From assembly GCA_950097015.1 (NCBI GenBank), contig CATNEN010000039.1:1426001-1490000 (forward strand): a stretch of 64,000 nt of DNA. Reading direction: 5' to 3'. Shown in pieces: positions 46,356-58,200 of this stretch; the first letter of the stretch is position 1; each line of letters opens with the position of its first letter. A program made the translations under genes and the position numbers. This stretch comes from Macrostomum hystrix (taxonomy: Eukaryota; Animalia; Platyhelminthes). The notes beneath the pieces are model-generated. The model was not told where the DNA came from. It saw nothing but the letters and a program-made list of their open reading frames with translations, and searched no databases.

Positions 46356-47155
46356 TGCTGCCTGACCCTGCTCGGTCTGTTGCTGAAGGCTGCAGGAAGA
46401 GATCCTACTTGTGTTTCCAAGGGTCTAGCTCTCCACAGCCCTGTATTTAGCAGCAGAGTTTACCCAAGATGAGCTTGTGTGCTCAAAGGCGAGAGAAGTT
46501 TTGGGCACGGCACGCAAGCCTGCGGAAAATGTACAGCGTGTGCGAGCTTTTGTTTTCCAGCTGTACATTACTCACCGAGTAGACTCAGTTGAGCAGTTTG
46601 AGTGCCTAAACTAAAAACTGTGAGTTCTTAGGCAGATGATGTGTGAGCTGTTTACCTAAAATAGGCCAAATTTGGGTATTGTCTGCTGTTTTCCGTACTT
46701 GCAGCGAGTAATGCGAGATTTCAGCCAAGCTTTTGAGCACATTGAGCACAGTTTATTTATGAGGCCCATTAAACTCTCGGTAAATTATCGCTCCAAAATT
46801 ATCCGGCTCTGGTCCATCGATTTACAAGTACTTCACTCCTTCTCAAATATGAAGAAACACGCTGAAAAATGAATTCCAGTCTCATTGAAAAAACGCAATG
46901 AACAAGAAAAATGGTATGTCTTATGCGCATAACCTTGCTGATCACTATTTATGCTGAGAATCTAAATACTTGTTTACCTTATAAAATTCCAGAAACTGTA
47001 TATTTTACGGCGTCCTAGCTCAATCTTAAGAAACAATGGACACTTACACTACACACTTACTCAGGAACTCATGCTGCCACCGTTTGCCTGCAGAAATTTG
47101 ATCAAATACAGAGTCAGCCAGCTCCCCATGTTCGCTTTCGACGAAGGCGAGTCGT

Positions 47156-50100
47156 CAGCAACAAGAGTCAGGTTGCCAAGGCCAGGACCTCCCTTATCGG
47201 CTGTTGAATTGCGGATGCTAAGTAGGCAGTGGGCAGCAGCAACAAGAGTCAGGCTGCCAAAGCCAGGACCTCCCTTATCGGCTGTTGAATTGCGGATGCT
47301 AAGTAGGCAGTGGGCAGCAGCAACAAGAGTCAGGTTGCCAAGGCCAGGACCTCCCTTATCGGCTGTTGAATTGCGGATGCTAAGTAGGCAGTGGGCAGCA
47401 GCAACAAGAGTCAGGTTGCCAAGGCCAGGACCTCCCTTATCGGCTGTTGAATTGCGGATGCTAAGTAGGCAGTGGGCAGCAGCAACAAGAGTCAGGCTGC
47501 CAAAGCCAGGACCTCCCTTATCGGCTGTTGAATTGCGGATGCTAAGTAGGCAGTGGGCAGCAGCAACAAGAGTCAGGTTGCCAAGGCCAGGACCTCCCTT
47601 ATCGGCTGTTGAATTGCGGATGCTAAGTAGGCAGTGGGCAGCAGCAACAAGAGTCAGGCTGCCAAAGCCAGGACCTCCCTTATCGGCTGTTGAATTGCGG
47701 ATGCTAAGTAGGCAGTGGGCAGCGGCAACAAGAGTCAGGCTGCCAAAGCCAGGACCTCCCTTATCGGCTGTTGAATTGCGGATGCTAAGTAGGCAGTGGG
47801 CAGCAGCAACAAGAGTCAGGTTGCCAAGGCCAGGACCTCCCTTATCGGCTGTTGAATTGCGGATGCTAAGTAGGCAGTGGGCAGCAGCAACAAGAGTCAG
47901 GCTGCCAAGGCCAGGACCTCCCTTATCGGCTGTTGAATTGCGGATGCTAAGTAGGCAGTGGGCAGCAGCAACAAGAGTCAGGCTGCCAAGGCCAGGACCT
48001 CCCTTATCGGCTGTTGAATTGCGGATGCTAAGTAGGCAGTGGGCAGCAGCAACAAGAGTCAGGCTGCCAAAGCCAGGACCTCCCTTATCGGCTGTTGAAT
48101 TGCGGATGCTAAGTAGGCAGTGGGCAGCAGCAACAAGAGTCAGGCTGCCAAGGCCAGGACCTCCCTTATCGGCTGTTGAATTGCGGATGCTAAGTAGGCA
48201 GTGGGCAGCAGCAACAAGAGTCAGGTTGCCAAAGCCAGGACCTCCCTTATCGGCTGTTGAATTGCGGATGCTAAGTAGGCAGTGGGCAGCAGCAACAAGA
48301 GTCAGGTTGCCAAGGCCAGGACCTCCCTTATCGGCTGTTGAATTGCGGATGCTAAGTAGGCAGTGGGCAGCAGCAACAAGAGTCAGGCTGCCAAAGCCAG
48401 GACCTCCCTTATCGGCTGTTGAATTGCGGATGCTAAGTAGGCAGTGGGCAGCAGCAACAAGAGTCAGGTTGCCAAGGCCAGGACCTCCCTTATCGGCTGT
48501 TGAATTGCGGATGCTAAGTAGGCAGTGGGCAGCAGCAACAAGAGTCAGGTTGCCAAGGCCAGGACCTCCCTTATCGGCTGTTGAATTGCGGATGCTAAGT
48601 AGGCAGTGGGCAGCAGCAACAAGAGTCAGGTTGCCAAAGCCAGGACCTCCCTTATCGGCTGTTGAATTGCGGATGCTAAGTAGGCAGTGGGCAGCAGCAA
48701 CAAGAGTCAGGCTGCCAAGGCCAGGACCTCCCTTATCGGCTGTTGAATTGCGGATGCTAAGTAGGCAGTGGGCAGCAGCAACAAGAGTCAGGCTGCCAAG
48801 GCCAGGACCTCCCTTATCGGCTGTTGAATTGCGGATGCTAAGTAGGCAGTGGGCAGCAGCAACAAGAGTCAGGCTGCCAAAGCCAGGACCTCCCTTATCG
48901 GCTGTTGAATTGCGGATGCTAAGTAGGCAGTGGGCAGCAGCAACAAGAGTCAGGTTGCCAAGGCCAGGACCTCCCTTATCGGCTGTTGAATTGCGGATGC
49001 TAAGTAGGCAGTGGGCAGCAGCAACAAGAGTCAGGCTGCCAAAGCCAGGACCTCCCTTATCGGCTGTTGAATTGCGGATGCTAAGTAGGCAGTGGGCAGC
49101 AGCAACAAGAGTCAGGCTGCCAAGGCCAGGACCTCCCTTATCGGCTGTTGAATTGCGGATGCTAAGTAGGCAGTGGGCAGCAGCAACAAGAGTCAGGCTG
49201 CCAAAGCCAGGACCTCCCTTATCGGCTGTTGAATTGCGGATGCTAAGTAGGCAGTGGGCAGCAGCAACAAGAGTCAGGCTGCCAAAGCCAGGACCTCCCT
49301 TATCGGCTGTTGAATTGCGGATGCTAAGTAGGCAGTGGGCAGCAGCAACAAGAGTCAGGTTGCCAAGGCCAGGACCTCCCTTATCGGCTGTTGAATTGCG
49401 GATGCTAAGTAGGCAGTGGGCAGCAGCAACAAGAGTCAGGCTGCCAAAGCCAGGACCTCCCTTATCGGCTGTTGAATTGCGGATGCTAAGTAGGCAGTGG
49501 GCAGCAGCAACAAGAGTCAGGCTGCCAAAGCCAGGACCTCCCTTATCGGCTGTTGAATTGCGGATGCTAAGTAGGCAGTGGGCAGCAGCAACAAGAGTCA
49601 GGTTGCCAAGGCCAGGACCTCCCTTATCGGCTGTTGAATTGCGGATGCTAAGTAGGCAGTGGGCAGCAGCAACAAGAGTCAGGCTGCCAAGGCCAGGACC
49701 TCCCTTATCGGCTGTTGAATTGCGGATGCTAAGTAGGCAGTGGGCAGCAGCAACAAGAGTCAGGCTGCCAAGGCCAGGACCTCCCTTATCGGCTGTTGAA
49801 TTGCGGATGCTAAGTAGGCAGTGGGCAGCAGCAACAAGAGTCAGGCTGCCAAGGCCAGGACCTCCCTTATCGGCTGTTGAATTGCGGATGCTAAGTAGGC
49901 AGTGGGCAGCAGCAACAAGAGTCAGGTTGCCAAGGCCAGGACCTCCCTTATCGGCTGTTGAATTGCGGATGCTAAGTAGGCAGTGGGCAGCAGCAACAAG
50001 AGTCAGGCTGCCAAGGCCAGGACCTCCCTTATCGGCTGTTGAATTGCGGATGCTAAGTAGGCAGTGGGCAGCAGCAACAAGAGTCAGGTTGCCAAAGCCA

Positions 50101-51157
50101 GGACCTCCCTTATCGGCTGTTGAATTGCGGATGCTAAGTAGGCAGTGGGCAGCAGCAACAAGAGTCAGGTTGCCAAGGCCAGGACCTCCCTTATCGGCTG
50201 TTGAATTGCGGATGCTAAGTAGGCAGTGGGCAGCAGCAACAAGAGTCAGGTTGCCAAGGCCAGGACCTCCCTTATCGGCTGTTGAATTGCGGATGCTAAG
50301 TAGGCAGTGGGCAGCAGCAACAAGAGTCAGGCTGCCAAAGCCAGGACCTCCCTTATCGGCTGTTGAATTGCGGATGCTAAGTAGGCAGTGGGCAGCAGCA
50401 ACAAGAGTCAGGTTGCCAAGGCCAGGACCTCCCTTATCGGCTGTTGAATTGCGGATGCTAAGTAGGCAGTGGGCAGCAGCAACAAGAGTCAGGTTGCCAA
50501 GGCCAGGACCTCCCTTATCGGCTGTTGAATTGCGGATGCTAAGTAGGCAGTGGGCAGCAGCAACAAGAGTCAGGTTGCCAAAGCCAGGACCTCCCTTATC
50601 GGCTGTTGAATTGCGGATGCTAAGTAGGCAGTGGGCAGCAGCAACAAGAGTCAGGCTGCCAAGGCCAGGACCTCCCTTATCGGCTGTTGAATTGCGGATG
50701 CTAAGTAGGCAGTGGGCAGCAGCAACAAGAGTCAGGCTGCCAAGGCCAGGACCTCCCTTATCGGCTGTTGAATTGCGGATGCTAAGTAGGCAGTGGGCAG
50801 CAGCAACAAGAGTCAGGCTGCCAAAGCCAGGACCTCCCTTATCGGCTGTTGAATTGCGGATGCTAAGTAGGCAGTGGGCAGCAGCAACAAGAGTCAGGTT
50901 GCCAAGGCCAGGACCTCCCTTATCGGCTGTTGAATTGCGGATGCTAAGTAGGCAGTGGGCAGCAGCAACAAGAGTCAGGCTGCCAAAGCCAGGACCTCCC
51001 TTATCGGCTGTTGAATTGCGGATGCTAAGTAGGCAGTGGGCAGCAGCAACAAGAGTCAGGCTGCCAAGGCCAGGACCTCCCTTATCGGCTGTTGAATTGC
51101 GGATGCTAAGTAGGCAGTGGGCAGCAGCAACAAGAGTCAGGCTGCCAAAGCCAGGAC
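47156..51157. repeat. 81-bp tandem array, ~49.5 copies, producing the 1366-aa ORF 47071-51171
   Basis: The unit encodes ATRVRLP(R/K)PGPPLSAVELRMLSRQWAA. Only two common variable sites. The array is intergenic between the TRPA 3' end and the innexin 5' end. Confidence 0.98.
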
Positions 51158-52228
51158 TTGAATTGAAGTGACTTCTTCTTGGTCACCAGGATGCAGGGCC
51201 AAGCAGGCGTGCCGCCGTGCTTTTCCTGCAGCTTTTCGGCCTCCACCGACAGAGGCCGCACCTTTTTGGTCGAGATTGTCGAGTCGGACTTTACCAACGC
51301 TCAGCTGGTCATCAAATCTGACTGGCGCGCACTGCAATTGCTTCCATAAAAAGTCGAGCTGTCAGTCAGCCGTGCTTCCTTTGTGGGCTAATTAAATCTA
51401 CACAGTTACCGTCATTAACAGTAGAAAGACTACGCTATTTTCCCCTGCGGTAAGACTACGGGGAGGATTTCAAAACCCGCTGCCTACCTCTCGATAGCTC
51501 CCAAACCGAATGTCTGATTGTCGTGAAAGTCCACCATCTGAATTGAAATTTTCCGCCCTTTACGATGAACTGACTTTCATAGCCGTCCGAGTCACTATCG
51601 TCGAGATATTCAGCGATAGTTGTCGGAGTCCCTGGTGACAAGGACAACTGACATTGCTCTGCATGAAACTTTCATGGCGAATCCATATTGGGTCAAAAAA
51701 GTAAAAGTTAGCAATTTAATCAATCCTAAATAGTCAACAATAATAGCCAACAGTCGACATGGCATGCTAAGATAAGATATTCTGGTTTGCTAACAAAACG
51801 CATGCTAGCTATAGTTACCAAGGTTGACGCAATTAGCAGTTAATGCTAAATATCTATCTCACCAGAAAAATAATTTGGGAAAATAGTTTCTTTGATGTCG
51901 AAGAGAGGTACAGTAATTATGATGAGATGCTGGTAATCGGGTAGAGGTTAAGAATTGGGGAGATGTTAGTTGAATAAATTACTACACAATGCCACATGCA
52001 TCTACTAAAATACTTCTTAAAGCAGGTGTGTTTCTAGAAGCTTGATTAAGCGTTTTTATACGCATTTGGATAAGCTGAATAGCGTTGCGAAATTGTAATA
52101 GGTGCCAGGGAGAGGGCAATGACTCTGTCATGCTGAACCCTCCATGCCATCCAGGTATGCCACTAGAGACAGGTGAGGAATCAGGTGAGCAGTCAGGTGA
52201 GCAGTCGGGTAAGCAGTCAGGTGAGCAG

Positions 52229-55200
52229 TCAGAGACCGCCGTAGCTGCAGCCATCGTCCTGTATTGAAGGGGTAATATTAATAAGAAAAATAATAATAAT
52301 CACAAAAATAATTTGAAGCGCCCACCATCAACGGGTGCTGATTATATTTTTTCCGATAAATTACCATCATCAAATGCAGAAGCAAAAGCAATTTCTAAAA
52401 ATTGCGTAACAAATTTTTGTCGTGAGGCAGATAAAAAAAAAATAAACAAAGGGAAGAGAAAAACGGTGTGTTAGAGTTGTTATGTGTGTCTCCATCTATT
52501 CTCTCCTTATCTCTATCTGCTCTCCCTTTATCTCAATCTACTCCCTCCTTATCTCAATCTACTCCCTCCTTATCTCAATCTACTCCCTCCTTATCTCAAT
52601 CTACTCCCTCCTTATCTCAATTTACTCCCTCTTTATCTCAATCTACTCCCTCCTTATCTCAATCTACTCCCTCCTTATCTCAATTTACTCCCTCTTTATC
52701 TCAATCTACTCCCTCCTTATCTCAATCTACTGCCTCCTTATCTCAATCTTCTCCCTCCTTATCTCTATCTACTCTCCCATATTCCCATTTACTCTTTCCC
52801 TGTCTCCGTCTCCATCCTGTCTCCACCATGTCTCTTTCTCTGTGGCTCACCAGGTCGCAGCCCTCGTCCCTCTCCTCCTCATCCTGCAGGCCGTGGTGCT
52901 GCAGCAGGCGCCTCAGCATGCCGGCCTGGCGCTGGCAGACGGACTCGATGTGCGCCAGCCTGAGGGGGTTGTCGGGGAGGTGAAGCCGATTCAGCCCGCA
53001 GAGTGGAGGGGTTGGTTCTCTGACGATTAGATCAGAGAGGTGGACATAGGGTAAAATATTTGTGAGAGGCAGACCAATCAGAAGGCGACGGAAGTAGAGA
53101 GTGAGAGGGTCAGCCGGAATGTTATCCGTGATAAGGCTAACACAGTGGACCAGATGTACAGCCAGTGGCACAGCCGAAGCGTATCCGAATGCTGTTAAGC
53201 CCATAGACTAAGGGCGGGGCCACCAAGCCCTGTTCAATTTCTACACCAGCTAATGTTGGTAACCAATCACTGTTAGTGAGCTGAAGCAATAGGAAATAAG
53301 TGCGCATTTTTCAGGTCAGAGATTGATTCGCGCTGGGCCAGAAGTCCAAAGCTTAACCTATACCCTGCGGAAAACGCCTTAACAGATGGACTACCAAGCC
53401 AGTTTGGCGCCCGTTTTGATACCAAGGCCCCCCTGAAATTTTTTGGTAGCGCCTGCATGCTAACAGTATTAAGTGGTGACTGATTGGATGACAGAATAGA
53501 CGATGGTGTACTGTGGTTGAGCTGCGCCTCGTATTTTGGCTTGATCAGAGAAATTGGAGAACTTTGCATCAGGGTGTCCATAGTGGATTAGTGGCCTATG
53601 TTTACCGAAGACGGAGATGATGCAGGCACATTCGGGTGACATGCTGATAAAGTTTGAAGGCCTGGCAAGGCCGCAATGAGGCGCAATGCTAATTTGTGCA
53701 TAGGGGTGTATTAAAAACACTAGCGCTTGTGGGAAAATTAATTTATTTTCCGACCTTCGGCCAGAAACACTGAATATCTCGACGGTGTAAGGAGCTGGCG
53801 ACTTGATTTTTTTTCAGAAGATGCGCAACAAAAAGTTGGCCCTGGTTCTCGAGTTTCGTGCGCTTGCGTTTAGGGGTCCCAATCCCGGAATCCCGGCTTT
53901 TTGTTAGCGTTCGGGATCCCGGGATTTGGGGTCCGGGATTCCGGTAAACACGGGATTGGAATTCCCACTTTGCAGAAGTGAATATCTTTCGTCTTGAAGT
54001 TGGCATTTAACAGTTTTGAGAGAACTTTTGAGAATCCTGAGAATGAAGTTATATACTAACAAAAGTTCTTGTACGGTTGCTTCTGTTGCCTCTAGTATCC
54101 ATAATTTCCATTTTCCATCCGTTTCAAATGAAAATTAGTACAAATGAAAGCTGGGAATCTGCAATATTTTCTGTTTCACCGTATTTTTTTATTCAGGAGT
54201 GGCTCGGAACAGCTTGCCGTTTAGCACAGACAGGTCGGATAAAAAAAGTGACAGAATGACATAGAGCAAGCAGTCTATGGCCAACTTTCTTCACGCGCTG
54301 ACAAACTCCACAGAGTGTCTAGGAAGCCTTCTGTAGGATAAGGATAAGAAAGCCAAGGCTCATGAGTCATGAGTCATGACCTTGGGATGGGTTATCCCTA
54401 TATATAAAATTTCTATTACTGCTGGCACTGCTGCTGGTACTTGTGTTGTATTGCATGATTTGCGATGGAAATACATTGCGTCGATGGAAGGAATGTGACA
54501 ATTTTGCAAGGAAAATAGTGATCAAGGATATCAGCAATGAAATAAATTCAACTTCAAAACTGCAAAATTTCCGGAATTTGGGACCCCTACTTGCGTTGCG
54601 TTGCTCCGTTCGGGTGCAGGCGCAGCACAAAAAATGGTAGTTCCAATTTTAACACATTGGCTGACTGCTGTTTCGGCCCATAGACTATGCCAGCTGCGGC
54701 CAGAATCTCTCATTCAGCCCAACGCTCAAAATAGAGTTCGCACCTCCTGTGACCCTGTCCAGGGACTTCTAGCAATAACAACTGGACCCGCAAGGCACAG
54801 CGATGACTAATGTTTTCCCTGCAAGTTGAGGCCCGGCATTTTTAGGGGCAGAGGGAGTGCACAAACTTGTTTACTGCAGCCAGAGACTTCTAGAAGTAAC
54901 AGCTTTGTTATTTTTAGAAGTCTCTGACTGCAGCCTACGAAAGCGTGAGCTTTTCCTGGATCTGCCAATGTACATTTCAGTATAATTGCATTAAAATACA
55001 AATAATATGGTCAACAAGTGCTCTGTGCAGTCGGCTGCAAAAGTGGATACGCAAGCTCTGCAACGCCACAAGGTGACTTTCCATTCTTTCCCACTAAAGA
55101 ATCCAATCCTATTGGAAAAGTGGAAAAGAGCTATTCCCAATCAAGACCTGCAGGCTGCAGCCTACGAAATATATGCGAATATGCTCACTGCACTTTGCGG

Positions 55201-58200
55201 ACGAAGACTTTGCCCAAAAGTCTCAAGACTCATTTGGCACCTGGCGCAAGAGGGACAGCAGCGAGCTGAAAAATCGATATTTGAGACCTGACACTGTGCC
55301 CACCATTTTTAAAAATGTACCGAAGTACTTGTCAGCTCCAAGGCAGCCAGTTCGAAGCACTTGTTCAGCAACGTCTTCTGCCCGACTTGACTTAGACAAC
55401 GTTCGGTTGCAGAATGAGATCGATGAAATTTTCGTCCAAGACTCAATTCTCAATTGCTCCGTCCGGGAGATTCAGGAGCTGCTCGACGCAGAGGAAAATC
55501 GGCCAGCTGGTTTTTTTGCGACGGCCAGTTGTGCATCCACATGCTTGATGTCAAGCCCATCTGCCGGATTTCCTGCCCCATCTGCATTGGGTCAGGTCTC
55601 CATCGATATCAATGGCTCCCACTGTCAAAGAGCAAGGTGACCGATTTTCACAGGCGAGGATGGCAAGGTCAGTACAGTGAGTGGTCTCATGAATCTGATG
55701 GCAAGGTCAGTACAGTGAGTGGTCTCATGAATCTGATGGCAAAGTCAGTACAGTGAGTCGTCTCATGAATCTGATGGCAAGGTCAGTACAGTGAGTCGTC
55801 TCATGAATCTGATGGCAAAAGTGAAGAACTGGAAGGAAAGTACAGATCTGTCTGAGTTGCCAGAGAAGCTGAAGGCCTCCTTGAGCTGGCCGAGGATTGT
55901 CTAGCCAGTGTTCTCGAGCTGAAAGAATACCGCTCTGGCATTTCTTAGGGAGCAGCTGCAGCTCGGCAGAACACAGAAGTCCGCGAAGATCTATTCTCAA
56001 GAGCTAATAGTTTTAAGTTATATGATTTACTCTATAAGTACATCAGCGTATAGTGCTCTTCGTAACCAAGACTTTCTGCACCACCCGTCTGTGAGAACAC
56101 TGCAAAATGTCACAAGACGAGTTGGAAAGGCCGGTCTGGATGAGCAGAGCTATCTTCGTCTCCGAGCTAGTAAGCTGACTCAGATGGAGAAGGTAGTTCT
56201 ACTGATTATCGATGAAATATACATCGCAAAACGCATCGAGTACAGCGCCCGGCAAGTGCGTGGAGTCGATAACGATGGAGCGACAGCTCAGAACTTAATT
56301 TAAGTATGATTATCATTTAATGTCAATCACTAATACAAGTATGATTAATAAAATAAAAAATCATTGCGATCCAGAAAAATGCGAATAATTTGTTTAAGAA
56401 TAATTTTTTCATTCAAAGTAAGAAAATTCAAAGGTAATAAACTTCCACTTGGAATAATAGCAGAATTCTTAAAATCCTGTGTCCCTTTTTGGGATTGGCC
56501 GAAAACCGGCCTCAACTTGCAGGGGAGAAGAAAGCCTTGGGGGTCCAGTTGTTATTTCTAGAAGTCTCTGCCTGTCCCCCACTCTTACCCCAGCTTAGTG
56601 TACACAAATCCAAGTGTAAAAATCAATATAGTTCTCTCTCGCTGATTGGTGAGAAGTTCTCTCCCAGATTTAGTGGCGAAGGCATGGGGTGGGTTGGCAT
56701 GGGGTGGCATGGCTAGCTGGGGGTGCTGGATGAAGTTGGTAAATGCTTTGATTCTTATAGTGTTTCTTTTGTGTTTTCTCCAATTCGACCCTGTAAAAGG
56801 ACTGGTAAATTATAATAGTCCAGACCTTGGTTTTTATATCAGCTTGCTATATTCGCAATAAAAAGCTCTATGGAAGAGCTAGAGATAAGCCACATATTGT
56901 GGCTAGCCAAGCACTCACCTGCCCTGCTGAATATGCAGCTCAGTCAGGTAGCGCCGATTGAGGCTCATCTCGGCCTGGAAGTTGGTCCGCTGGAACTCCT
57001 CTAGCAGCTGCATTCGCTGCAGGCGCCTCTCGGTACTGTCCGACCCCGGCGGGTCCCCCGGCGTCCCCAGCTGCGACTCCACGGCTTTTCCGGCAGTCGG
57101 GCCGTCCGGCTGCCTGCTGAGGGACCGGAAGAGCCGGCGGGCGGCCGATAACAGCCGCTTGCACAGAGAGGCCACCTGGATTGGCGGACAAGGGCCGAGA
57201 TGGAAAAGCTGGCCAAAGCAGCTCAAATACGCAATATACGGCTCGTAGTAGACTCATAGATGTGGAATGCGCTTGAAGACGGAGTGATCTCAAAGACACG
57301 GGATGATCTCAAAGACAAAAGGGATAACAAGGACAAGGACACGGGTGTTAACAAAGACACGGAGTGATAACAAAGACACCGAGTGATAACAAAGACATGG
57401 AGTAATCTCAAGGACACAGAATGGTGAGCTCAAGCACACAGAATGGTGAGCTCAAAGGACACAGAGTGGGGAGCTCAAGGACGCATAATGGCAGAGCATT
57501 AGCCTAGCTCACAGCATCCACCAGCGGGTCGGCCAAGCAGTCCCTCTGCTCCACTGCCGACATGCGATCAACTACTAGCAGTAGGCGGCGCGGCATTTTC
57601 GCTTCCATCTCCGCATACCAATGAACCTGCCGAGCGATGCGAGTCAGGATGGCGTGGCGCTGGATCTGCTCGATGTCGCCGACTGCAAGGCCGATCTTAA
57701 AGGCAAAATTTTTTTCTGTTTATGGACTAGTGTACACTGCCTATCGAATCACTGTGGCACTGGCCCTATTTCGGCTTGGTAATGTTTCTATATAATTTCT
57801 ATATTTTATTGTTTTAGTTTTGTTTGACATCCAAATAAATTCGAAATTGCTAATAGCTGGCATACATAAAAACGCATTTCACACTACTCGAAGTGCGCCA
57901 GTAGGAAGAGCAGCGTGTTTTGGAAACTCACTAACAGGTTCACCAGCAGGATGGGCATCAGAGTGAGGAACACGGCCAGCATCACCAGCGTCACCACCGG
58001 GTGGTGCAGCGTTCGCCGGTCGTCGTCGAAGGCCTTGGATACGAAGGTGTTGAGGTAGTCGTACTCGCCCAGCATCATGAGCGCGGTCTTCAGCAGGGCC
58101 AGTCCGGGCTGGCTCCAGGCGTCCAGGGCCGTGTCGCGCTCCAGCGGCTGTCGGTCGCTGACGTAGGCGGCGTAGCCGACCGCAGCGCGGCGCCTGGCCT

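Noticed and set aside
44401-46472. His/Ile/Pro-rich and MWNVECG ORFs
   Set aside because: Translations of the TTCCACA heptamer satellite inside the innexin intron.
47156-51157. CRISPR-like array
   Set aside because: Units are identical end to end with no unique spacers, there are no cas genes, and the context is eukaryotic.
55007-56303. Domesticated THAP9 gene
   Set aside because: Multiple frameshifts, truncation just after the first catalytic Asp, and flanking TIRs indicate a dead transposon.
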